Shown here: piece after piece, positions 18,362 to 27,225 of the stretch
How the letters are laid out: every line of letters begins with the position of its first letter
How positions within the stretch are numbered: the stretch's first letter is position 1
NCBI GenBank assembly: GCA_029855935.1
Contig: JAGSHN010000012.1
Span: 32,001 to 96,000, forward strand
Reading direction: 5' to 3'
DNA length: 64,000 nt
DNA from: Candidatus Thorarchaeota archaeon
GTDB lineage: Archaea > Asgardarchaeota > Thorarchaeia > Thorarchaeales > Thorarchaeaceae
Made by a program: the position numbers and the translations under genes
The notes under the pieces: model-generated
Database searches by the model: none
What the model saw: only the letters and a program-made list of their open reading frames with translations
What the model was told of the DNA's origin: nothing

Positions 18362-19474
18362 GTGAACCAAGGGATGCTTGAACTGCTGTTCAAGCTGCAG
18401 GAGATGCCTATGGCGCCGGCCAAGCGCCTTGCACAGGAGATTGGCCGTTCCACTCCGACTGTAATCTCTTGGCTGGAGAAGCTTGCTGCAGAGAAGGTGT
18501 TTCTTGGGGTCAAACCGTATCTTCGTGTCCGCAGGCTGGGCTTGGAGATATACGACTATCTGCTGGAGACAACATCGTATGATGCTGTTGTGAAGATCGA
18601 GGGGTTCTGTGAGCGGCATCCCTACACGTTATATCGTGCAAGGGTGTTTGGCGGTCCTCTCCGCGGAATGCTCGTTCAGTTCCGCCAGCCACCTGCTGCC
18701 CTGCCCCATCTCGAAGAGGCCTTTCGAGTCATGACAGATGCTGGCGTCATCAAGTCGATCAGAGAGCTGCCGACTCTTCAGGAGATATATGGTTCGATTC
18801 ACACGCGCCCGCGACTGGATGCGTGGGACTCAGACCGAATGACATGGGTATTTGACTGGGACTCGTGGTGGGCATCGGAACCGGCGACGGATACGCAGGA
18901 TGTGAAGCGGGCCGAAACCGGACCTCCAGAACAAGAGCGGCTGGTGATTGACAAGCTAGATGCGCGACTACTTCAAGAGCTGACAGCGAATGCACGGCAA
19001 AAGAACATCGACATCATTCGTAGGCTGGGGATGAACCCGAGAGAGGGTAGCATTCAACAGAAGGTCTCGAAACGTATCCAGCGACTGAGAGGAGTCATAG
19101 ACTCCTATCGTGTATTCATCAACTGGACCCATTTTGATGTCTACAATACACCAATGCTGATTGTCCAAGCAGACCCGTCGATGACCGAGCGGCTCATAGC
19201 AAAGCTGCGTGAGGGGACATTCCCATTCTCGTCCAGCATCCGGCGAATACCAGGGGGTTTCGTGTGGTACTCGCGTCTTCCCTCTGCTCATCTCTCGGAG
19301 CTTGTTTCATTGATATGGAGAATCTCTCAGAGCTATGAGATCTTTATGATTGACTACAAGTGTTCCCAGACATATGGCCTCTGGGCTGAGACATTTGACG
19401 AGGAGATTGGCGACTGGAGGACCGATAGAGACTTTTGCCTAGACGAACCATTGCGATCCATCGGTCTCGCATAG
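18362..19474 (+). CDS. Tandem (two wHTH + two RAM-like domains) Lrp/AsnC-like regulator (module copy 1)
   Basis: N-terminal HTH (RLAQEIGRSTPTVISWLEKL), second HTH start IDKLDARLLQELTANARQ; paralog of 48884-49993. Confidence 0.8.
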   Translation: MNQGMLELLFKLQEMPMAPAKRLAQEIGRSTPTVISWLEKLAAEKVFLGVKPYLRVRRLGLEIYDYLLETTSYDAVVKIEGFCERHPYTLYRARVFGGPLRGMLVQFRQPPAALPHLEEAFRVMTDAGVIKSIRELPTLQEIYGSIHTRPRLDAWDSDRMTWVFDWDSWWASEPATDTQDVKRAETGPPEQERLVIDKLDARLLQELTANARQKNIDIIRRLGMNPREGSIQQKVSKRIQRLRGVIDSYRVFINWTHFDVYNTPMLIVQADPSMTERLIAKLREGTFPFSSSIRRIPGGFVWYSRLPSAHLSELVSLIWRISQSYEIFMIDYKCSQTYGLWAETFDEEIGDWRTDRDFCLDEPLRSIGLA

Positions 19475-19503
19475 GCCGTTGTTCGGCTCAGTGGGTCGAG
19501 GTG

Positions 19504-19911
19504 TCACTCGTCGGTGATCTCATCCTCTAGTGGAGCCACGAGAAGGACAAGTCGATCACGTCCCACCACTCTGACGGGTGAACCGGTCTTGATGACATCA
19601 GTCTCGTCACACCTCGCATGCCAGATCTCCCCACCGATACGTACTCTGCCGTCTGATGTGGTGACATCTCTTATCACGGTGCCTGTCTTGCCAACTACAT
19701 CGTAGACCACTCCAGTAGTGTCACCTATCACGGGGTAGATCAGATAATACTTGGCCGCTATTAGCACGACGAGTCCAATCATCACGAGTACGATGGCAGC
19801 GAGAAGATACCCTGGGAAGAGAAAATAGACTATGACGAGTATCACCGCCGCTACAGCAATGTCATCGAGGTTTATCAGGACAAACTTTGACCGGGCGCTC
19901 ATATCACTCAT
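19504..19911 (-). CDS. NfeD-family protein (short form, C-terminal OB domain)
   Basis: TM helices, then VGKTGTV...GRVRIGGEIWHA...G..VRVVG...L.L.V. Confidence 0.85.
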   Translation of the reverse strand: MSDMSARSKFVLINLDDIAVAAVILVIVYFLFPGYLLAAIVLVMIGLVVLIAAKYYLIYPVIGDTTGVVYDVVGKTGTVIRDVTTSDGRVRIGGEIWHARCDETDVIKTGSPVRVVGRDRLVLLVAPLEDEITDE

Positions 19912-20051
19912 CTATGGTATCACCCACGTTACTATCTGCAACGCTTTCCGCGATATTGTATGGCTGGTGTGAAAAAGTCTTCGTCTGGCCGTTGTCGGTA
20001 TCGGTCGGTTAATATTGGTGCCGCCGATTCTCGCATTGTGGGTTCTGGGAC

Positions 20052-21197
20052 TTGAAGACAGAGCTGATTCAATTTATGGCAGGTGCAGCGGTACTCTCGG
20101 CGTTCACCTATGTCCCTATTCTTGCACGCGACTATCTGGGAGCAGACGCGTTCTATGTAACGCTCCTTGTCGAGGGATATGCAGTCATGTCCTTCGTGTC
20201 CAGCTATATCTTTGGACGTGCTGGTGACATTCACGGGCGCCGGATTGTGCTTCGCTTGGGTCTGTTGGTGTCTGCCCTGTCATTCTCTCTTCTTCTCCTT
20301 GCGCAGGACCAGACGTTACTCTTCATTGTCAGGGCTCTCAATGGCTTTGCAGTGGGAATGTATCCCGGTGCGCTTGCAGCCTACGCATATGACTCCCACA
20401 TGCCGATGGGCCGGTTCGCATCGTTCGGGGCGCTGGGATGGGGAGTGGGTACATTTGTCACTGGCATTGCAGCATCAATGAATATCCACTCAGCCTTTGC
20501 ACTGTCGAGCCTGTTCTTTGTCGTCGCCTTTGGTAGTGCCCTGACGCTCCCCAAGGTCGACAGAGTGCGTGTCTACGTCCCGCTGTTTCCCATCGAGACA
20601 CTAAAGCGTAACTTGGCGGTATACATTGCAGTCCTAATTCGTCACAGCAGTGCGTTTGCAATATGGACACTGTGGCCCCTTTTCCTCGCCGACCTGGGCG
20701 CGGACCTGTTCACAATCGGGATCATTCAGGCAGCGAACTCGCTGTCACAGGTCTTCTTCATGGTCTTGCTCACGGACCGTGTTGAGTGCGTTCGCCTGAT
20801 CACGATAGGCCTCTTGGGAAGTGCTATCACGTTTGTCTGGTTCACTCTCGCCACAACCGTGATTGAGATACTTCCGTCTCAGATTCTTCTCGGCTTCTCG
20901 TGGGCGTGTCTCTACGTTGGGGCGTTGAAATACGTCACGGAGAAGAATGTCGAGAGGTCGACAGCGTCAGGCCTACTCTCGTCGATGCTCTCCATATCTG
21001 CAGTGTTCGGGCCGATCTATGCGTCCGTCCTATACTATCTGTGGCCAGGCTACACCGCCATCATGCTGTTTGCAGCCCTGATGTCAACGCTTGCTCTGCT
21101 CCTATTTCTAGGTGCGAGTCGGGGGGCCGAGCTGGTGAAACATGCATCCGCTCCCCTCGTGACGCCGGAGTCTACTGTGCTTCGCACCGCTATGTGA
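20052..21197 (+). CDS. MFS transporter
   Basis: About 12 TM; motif A variant FGRAGDIHGRR. Confidence 0.9.
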   Translation: MKTELIQFMAGAAVLSAFTYVPILARDYLGADAFYVTLLVEGYAVMSFVSSYIFGRAGDIHGRRIVLRLGLLVSALSFSLLLLAQDQTLLFIVRALNGFAVGMYPGALAAYAYDSHMPMGRFASFGALGWGVGTFVTGIAASMNIHSAFALSSLFFVVAFGSALTLPKVDRVRVYVPLFPIETLKRNLAVYIAVLIRHSSAFAIWTLWPLFLADLGADLFTIGIIQAANSLSQVFFMVLLTDRVECVRLITIGLLGSAITFVWFTLATTVIEILPSQILLGFSWACLYVGALKYVTEKNVERSTASGLLSSMLSISAVFGPIYASVLYYLWPGYTAIMLFAALMSTLALLLFLGASRGAELVKHASAPLVTPESTVLRTAM

Positions 21198-21272
21198 TGC
21201 TCTCACCTGTTCTATCTCAGAAGCCTCCGGTCGCAGCACTCTGAGTCATAAGTGCGACACCAGAAATCCCTG

Positions 21273-23117
21273 CTACTCCACCATATCGCCAAGAGCAGAC
21301 AAGTTCTCGGGTGCGGGTGCTCCTAGCTTGAGCATCGCTATTGCCCATTCATAGGCCCTAAAGACATCGGTCTTGGTCAGGAATCCTATCATCTTTGTGC
21401 GGTCGCGAGGATCGAGGACTACCGCATGACCCTCCTTGCGTTCCATCATCCGGTGCAGTACCTCATCCATCGGAGTGTCAAGGTCGACGACAAGAAAGTC
21501 CGTGTCCATCAGGTCCTTGACTCTATATGCACATCCATTTTGGTCGCACCGTTCCTCAAGTGCCTCTGCAATCACGGTCCCGACGATTCTGCCCTCAGAG
21601 TCAACGACTGGGAACTTTGTGTGGTGCGTCAGGGTCAGCATGTGCAGGGCCTCCTCGGCGGTCATGTCTGGGGATAGTGTCGTTGGATTGGTCGTCATGA
21701 CTTGCTTGACCTTGACACTACGTAGGGCATCGATGTAGAGGCCCTTCTTCACATTGATTCCCCTGAGCCGGAGCTTCTCGGTGTATATACTCTCCTCCAT
21801 GACAGCAGAACCGACTATGTATGAACTCGACACGGCAATCATCAGCGGCAGTATGAGTGCGTAGTCTCCAGTCATCTCCATCGTCATGACGATGCATGTC
21901 ACAGGTACGTGCGCAGCTCCTGCAAACATGGCCGCCATTCCCACCAGCGCATAGGCTGTTGGGTGTGGGGCGATCTCGGGCGCCAGTGAGTTCAATACCA
22001 GCCCCAGAGCGCCACCAAGACCTGCACCAACAAAGAGGGTCGGTGCAAAGACTCCCCCCGAGCCCCCGGAGCCAATTGAGAACGCCGTTGCGAACATCTT
22101 CAGCACACCAAATGTCACAAGTGCCAGTATTGGAACTCCTCCGAGCATTGCCGCATTGATGAACCCATATCCGCTGCCCATCACTGCGGGAACGTACGGA
22201 GAGCGTCCGGTGAATACGCCGTGATAGTTGAATATGGACTCGAGGACAACGACCCAAGCAGCCAGCAGACCTAGGAGCGCACCACCAATCACAGGCTTAG
22301 CATATTCTGTTGTCTTCAAGTTCTTGAAAAACGCCTCGGTGGCGTACAGAATCTTTACCCATATCTTGCTCACAACGCCGAGGGCAAGCCCCATCAAGAA
22401 GTAGAACAGTAGCTCGGTGTAGCTGCCAAGTCCCAGTTGCGGGGCCACGAATGATCCCGCCTCCTCACCGAACAGACCATTCGCGACTGCGACACTGATG
22501 ACCGAGGCGAGAATGACGGGAATGACCGAGATGGCGGACAACTCCCCGACGAGAACCTCGATTCCGAACAATGCACCTCCTAGTGGGGCGCTAAAGGTGG
22601 CCGCAATCCCTGATGCGAGCCCACACACGACGAGTGTTCTTGTCTCCAGCTTCCCAAGTCTGAACATCTGTGCCAGTGCCGACCCGGTCCCTGAGCCTAT
22701 CTGTGCAATCGGCCCCTCCCGTCCACAGGAACCGCCTGAACCTATTGTGAATGCTGCTGAGATGGTCTTGACTATTGGGACTCTAGCACGAATATTGCCC
22801 CCCTCAAGCACATAGGCCTCCATTACCTCAGGGACGCCATGACCACTGGCCTCAGGTGCATAGCGCGTTGTGAGGAATGAGCTCACTGCAGAGCCTAGGA
22901 TTGGCACCAATATCCATCCTAGGAAGCCCACCTGCCTAGGGACATTAGAGAATACATTAGTCAATGCGTAGACGGAATACCTGAAGATGACTGCAACGAC
23001 TCCAGAGACCGCGCCCGTGATTGCCGCGAGGACGTACAGCGTCACCTGTTGCCTAATCTCGTATCTCTTCAACCACTGCTCATAGGTCTGTTTCTTCTCC
23101 GGGTTGTCCCCCGTCAA
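21273..23117 (-). CDS. ClC chloride channel / Cl-:H+ antiporter with two CBS domains
   Basis: GHGVPE, GREGP, GGVFAP and SIY motifs; C-terminal CBS pair. Confidence 0.95.
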   Translation of the reverse strand: MTGDNPEKKQTYEQWLKRYEIRQQVTLYVLAAITGAVSGVVAVIFRYSVYALTNVFSNVPRQVGFLGWILVPILGSAVSSFLTTRYAPEASGHGVPEVMEAYVLEGGNIRARVPIVKTISAAFTIGSGGSCGREGPIAQIGSGTGSALAQMFRLGKLETRTLVVCGLASGIAATFSAPLGGALFGIEVLVGELSAISVIPVILASVISVAVANGLFGEEAGSFVAPQLGLGSYTELLFYFLMGLALGVVSKIWVKILYATEAFFKNLKTTEYAKPVIGGALLGLLAAWVVVLESIFNYHGVFTGRSPYVPAVMGSGYGFINAAMLGGVPILALVTFGVLKMFATAFSIGSGGSGGVFAPTLFVGAGLGGALGLVLNSLAPEIAPHPTAYALVGMAAMFAGAAHVPVTCIVMTMEMTGDYALILPLMIAVSSSYIVGSAVMEESIYTEKLRLRGINVKKGLYIDALRSVKVKQVMTTNPTTLSPDMTAEEALHMLTLTHHTKFPVVDSEGRIVGTVIAEALEERCDQNGCAYRVKDLMDTDFLVVDLDTPMDEVLHRMMERKEGHAVVLDPRDRTKMIGFLTKTDVFRAYEWAIAMLKLGAPAPENLSALGDMVE

Positions 23118-23269
23118 GGTCCTTCGCCTCCCCCCACCGGCCTCGGCTGGTTCTTAAGTCTAGCGGCAAGGGGACCACTCAGTTGGGGCCAGCAACTCTC
23201 CCTCGGCCTCTCGGGGGCCGATCGTGATTGATCGCAGGTAGTGACCTCTGGCCAGAGCCTTGAAACCTA

Positions 23270-23680
23270 CTACTTCAACGGGATGTACTGGGACGACTTA
23301 GTCGCACCGATTCCTGGCGAGCCGTGTCGCACCTCCTTGATTGTAGGCGCGAACTCGCCAAGGACATGGCCGATCATCTGGGGAATTATCCTGAACTTGA
23401 TGAAGTCCTTGCCGTTGTGAACCGCAACAGTGAGGTCGACCATCTCAGGTAGGATCACCATGTCGCGACAATGAGTCTTCACCACTACCTCCTTGCCCTT
23501 TCTCTGGGCCTTTCGTGCGGCTCTCAGTTTCATCAGAAGCTTCTTCTGCCTTGGGGGCAGTCCTCTCTTCAGGGTGCGCCGTCTGTGCGAGGGCAGCAGC
23601 TCTATCAGCTCGTCCATGCTCATCTTCACGAGTTCTTCGAGTTTGTAGCCCCTGTACATCGGCTCGGCCTTGCTCGACAT
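23270..23680 (-). CDS. rps19p: 30S ribosomal protein uS19 (S19P)
   Basis: YRGYKLEEL...[32 protein letters not shown]...[16 protein letters not shown]. Confidence 0.97.
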   Translation of the reverse strand: MSSKAEPMYRGYKLEELVKMSMDELIELLPSHRRRTLKRGLPPRQKKLLMKLRAARKAQRKGKEVVVKTHCRDMVILPEMVDLTVAVHNGKDFIKFRIIPQMIGHVLGEFAPTIKEVRHGSPGIGATKSSQYIPLK

Positions 23681-23807
23681 GTGATCACCTGAGATATCGT
23701 ACGGAGGGTATAGTCTTAACGACTGGACAGCTCCTTGGACGTTGCAATTTAAGCTTATCTTTTTGGGTCCAGTGTTGGGTCGACCTCTCGACCGCTCACT
23801 TCTCTGT

Positions 23808-24323
23808 TTACTGCCGTGTATCGAGCCGTCCCGCCTTCTGAAGGGCGTCTTTCACCCACGTCAGTGCCTCTGCGAGTCCGGGATCACGGATGAGCGCAAG
23901 ACGGGCGTACTCTATCGCCTCATCCCAGTTCCCGATCTCGTAGTTTATCTCGGCGAGGTGGAGCAGCGCAAGAGGCTGTTTCTTCTCTATCTCCAGTGCA
24001 GCCTTGAAGCTCTCAATGGCCCTGTCTAGTCGCCCCAACTTTCTCTCGATGACGCCCCGGTTGAAGAGTGGAATCGGGTCGCGGGGCGCCATGCTGTGTG
24101 CCTCATCCAACAGTGACAATGCCTCCTTTGTCGCCGGGCTGGAGACATCGGGAGTTTCCTGCTGCTCCATCAGTGCCACTGCGAGCGTGACTTTGGCGTC
24201 GACATGCGATGGGTCCCGCTTGACAATCTCTCTCAGACGTTCTATCGCCTCGCGGACGTGGCCGTCCACAAGGAGTTTTGCAGCGGCCCGATACTCCTTT
24301 TTCCCGCGTCTCAGAATAGGCAT
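23808..24323 (-). CDS. TPR protein
   Basis: TPR-like helices ([27 protein letters not shown]). Confidence 0.8.
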   Translation of the reverse strand: MPILRRGKKEYRAAAKLLVDGHVREAIERLREIVKRDPSHVDAKVTLAVALMEQQETPDVSSPATKEALSLLDEAHSMAPRDPIPLFNRGVIERKLGRLDRAIESFKAALEIEKKQPLALLHLAEINYEIGNWDEAIEYARLALIRDPGLAEALTWVKDALQKAGRLDTRQ

Positions 24324-24403
24324 GGCAAGTCACTCCTCCCCGACTAAACACACTCTTAAGCAGATTGGCTTGTTATCCCGGGCGATGACGGAGGAGTGAT
24401 GAA

Positions 24404-25762
24404 TTGAACCGGCTGTTTGGTACGAACGGTGTCCGTGGGACCATCAATGACTCTCTGACTGTGGAACTTGTCAGTGGACTTGCTCGCGCAACAGGTACAG
24501 TCTTGGGACCGGGGAGAATTGCCGTCGGGCGTGACAGCCGGATGGGTGGCGAGATGTACGTTTCAGCAGTTGTTTCGGGCCTTCTCTCAACTGGATGCGA
24601 TGTCATAGACCTCGGCCTGGTGCCGACACCGTGCCTGCAGTTCATGGTACCGCGGCTTGGATGCAGTGGTGGTGTCATGGTCACGGCCTCACACAATCCT
24701 CCGGAGTTCAATGGTGTCAAGGTGCTTGGCAGCGATGGCATCGAGGTGCCACGTAGTGCGGAGGAGCAAATTGAGAAGGTGTACCGTGAAGGCGGGCACA
24801 GGATAGTCTCGTGGGATCGCATTGGTCGGTACTGGCGTCATCCAACCTCCGTCCGGGAGTACATCGACGTGATAAAGCGCCATGTCGATGTGGAGTCCGT
24901 CGCACGGGCACAGCTGACAGTTGTGGTGGATGGTGCCAACAGTGTAGGCTCGCTGGTCACACCACTGCTTCTCAGGGAGCTTGGATGTAGGGTCATATCG
25001 ATGAACTGTCAGCTGGATGGCAAGTTTCCAGGTCGATTGCCCGAGCCCCTGCCTGAGAACCTTACTGACCTGAGCAGGGCCGTACGTTCTGTTGGCGCCG
25101 ACCTCGGTATCGCACACGATGGCGATGCGGACCGTGCAACCTTTGTAGACTCAAAGGGCAGGGTTCTGTGGGGCGATCAGTCCTTTGCCATAATCGCATC
25201 ACGGGTTCTGCACCGCAGGCCGAAATCAATCTTGGTGACTCCTGTGAGCAGCGGGCGACTGATTGAGGATGTTGCAAGGGCTGCGGGCGCTGTGATTGAG
25301 TGGACCCGTGTGGGGAGTGTTGATGTTTCTCACAGGATTGTGGAGGTCGATGCTACCCTCGGTGGGGAGGAGAACGGTGGTGTCTTCTATCCACCGCATC
25401 AGCCCGTACGCGACGGTGCCATGACGGCCGCTCTGATGCTGGAGATAATGGCCAAGGAGGAGAGACCCCTTGAGAGCCTTGTTTCCGAGCTGCCACAGTA
25501 CTACAGCACGAAGGCCAAGGTCCCTGTCCCTGCCGACAAGAAGACAGCAGTGCTAGAGGTGCTCCTTCAGCTCACAGCAGATGAGGAGAGAGTCACACTG
25601 GACGGTGTGAAGGTATTCTATGACGAGGGCTGGGTCCTGATGCGGCCGTCGGGGACAGAACCACTCTGGCGCTGTTTTGCTGAGGCTCGAACTCAGAACG
25701 AGGCAGACATGCTCTGTCAGCGTGGCATCGATCTTATCAGAAAGGCAGTGGACAGGCTCTGA
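24404..25762 (+). CDS. Phosphohexomutase (phosphomannomutase / phosphoglucosamine mutase family)
   Basis: LFGTNGVRG, TASHNPP, HDGDADR, GGEENGG, RPSGTEP. Confidence 0.95.
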   Translation: MNRLFGTNGVRGTINDSLTVELVSGLARATGTVLGPGRIAVGRDSRMGGEMYVSAVVSGLLSTGCDVIDLGLVPTPCLQFMVPRLGCSGGVMVTASHNPPEFNGVKVLGSDGIEVPRSAEEQIEKVYREGGHRIVSWDRIGRYWRHPTSVREYIDVIKRHVDVESVARAQLTVVVDGANSVGSLVTPLLLRELGCRVISMNCQLDGKFPGRLPEPLPENLTDLSRAVRSVGADLGIAHDGDADRATFVDSKGRVLWGDQSFAIIASRVLHRRPKSILVTPVSSGRLIEDVARAAGAVIEWTRVGSVDVSHRIVEVDATLGGEENGGVFYPPHQPVRDGAMTAALMLEIMAKEERPLESLVSELPQYYSTKAKVPVPADKKTAVLEVLLQLTADEERVTLDGVKVFYDEGWVLMRPSGTEPLWRCFAEARTQNEADMLCQRGIDLIRKAVDRL

Positions 25763-25886
25763 GAGTCACCGACACTGCGGGCAGAAAGAGCAAGTCAGCG
25801 GGACTAGAAGTATATGATGTGAAGGGGCTGTATGCCCCCACATCAATGTCAGGTATCTGTGTATAAGCATCACAGATGAAGAAGGC

Positions 25887-26234
25887 CTACTCCTTCTTCT
25901 CCTCTTCTTCCTTCTTGTCCTCCTCTACTGCCTCTTCGTCAAAGTCGAAGTCCTCGAGAGGCTCAGGAGCGGGCGTTGTGAGCATAGTGTATCCAATCCA
26001 GATACCGATTACGCAGATCAGCAGAACCGCAAGGAGGATTGGCAGGATGATGAGAAACATCGGGTCAGGACCGAGGATTGACCGAAGCAGGGGATCTTGA
26101 ATTCCCTGCACCCACTGCTGGAAGGGTGCATTCCACCACGGACCCTGAAGGAGAACGAGTCCCCATGTGTAATATATCGCCGCGAGTGCCGCGATGATGA
26201 TTAGGAGTGCGCCAATGATCTTCTCTTTGCCCAT
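25887..26234 (-). CDS. Two-TM membrane protein, DPM2-like, with acidic C-terminal tail
   Basis: IIG..L....YYT...VLL and LP........IG.WIGYTML patterns resemble eukaryotic DPM2. Confidence 0.55.
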   Translation of the reverse strand: MGKEKIIGALLIIIAALAAIYYTWGLVLLQGPWWNAPFQQWVQGIQDPLLRSILGPDPMFLIILPILLAVLLICVIGIWIGYTMLTTPAPEPLEDFDFDEEAVEEDKKEEEEKKE

Positions 26235-26433
26235 GAAAATCCACTACCTTCTGTCTTTTGGATTCTGGATGGATTACCGCTTATGCCCCAATAAAAGGAT
26301 TGTGCAGAGCCCGCAGCCCTACTCCTAGAGACGTGGGTGTCTGGCCTCCTGCCATCCTTGCGCATGGCTTATAATACCGACTTGTCTTCAGCACCTCAAT
26401 GTTCCAAAGCGGCTATCCGAGGAGTGCATCCCA

Positions 26434-27222
26434 ATGAAGATCATCGTGCCCATTAAGCAGGTCCCTGAGGTCGCCGAGGTGAAGATAAACCCCGAAACCG
26501 GGACCCTCATCAGAGATGGAGTACCAAGTATTCTGAATCCATTCGATGAGTACGCAGTTGAGGCTGCAATACAGCTGAAGGAGAAATTTGGCGGAGAGGT
26601 CACTGTCATAACGATGGGTCCGCCGCAGGCAAAGGATGCCCTCTTGAAGGCGCTCGCGATGGGCGCCGACCGGGCTGTTCATCTGACTGACAGGGCCTTT
26701 GCCGGGGCAGACACCTGGGCCACGGCGTACACGCTTGCCGTGCAGATCAAGAAGATGGAGTTTGATATGGTCATCTGCGGCAAGCAGGCAATTGATGGTG
26801 ACACCGCCCAGGTCGGCCCAGAGCTGGCCGAGCTGTTGGGTGTGCCCCAGATATGCTACGTCCGTCATCTTGAGGTCAGTGAGGATCAGAAGTTCGTGAT
26901 TGCGCATCGCGAGACGGACGATGGCTATGAGGTGATCAAGGCCAAGCTCCCGGTCCTGTTGACTGCCACCAAGGGACTGAATGAGCCCAGATTGCCCAAT
27001 ATTATGGGTATAATGAAGGCCAAGAAGAAGCCGATGGATGTCATTGATGCGGCCACACTGGGCGTCCCCGAGGATGAGATTGGACTGAAGGGATCCCCGA
27101 CCACCGTGAGAAAGGTGTACCCGCCACCCAGACGTTCTGGTGGCATAAAGATAGAGGATATGGATCCGAAGGAGGCGGCCAAGAAACTGGTCGAGTTCCT
27201 TGCCAGCAAGGGGGCGATATGA
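26434..27222 (+). CDS. etfB: Electron transfer flavoprotein beta subunit
   Basis: IKQVP, NPFDEYAVE, GKQAIDGDTAQVGP, NEPRLP. Confidence 0.95.
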   Translation: MKIIVPIKQVPEVAEVKINPETGTLIRDGVPSILNPFDEYAVEAAIQLKEKFGGEVTVITMGPPQAKDALLKALAMGADRAVHLTDRAFAGADTWATAYTLAVQIKKMEFDMVICGKQAIDGDTAQVGPELAELLGVPQICYVRHLEVSEDQKFVIAHRETDDGYEVIKAKLPVLLTATKGLNEPRLPNIMGIMKAKKKPMDVIDAATLGVPEDEIGLKGSPTTVRKVYPPPRRSGGIKIEDMDPKEAAKKLVEFLASKGAI

Positions 27223-27225
27223 GAG

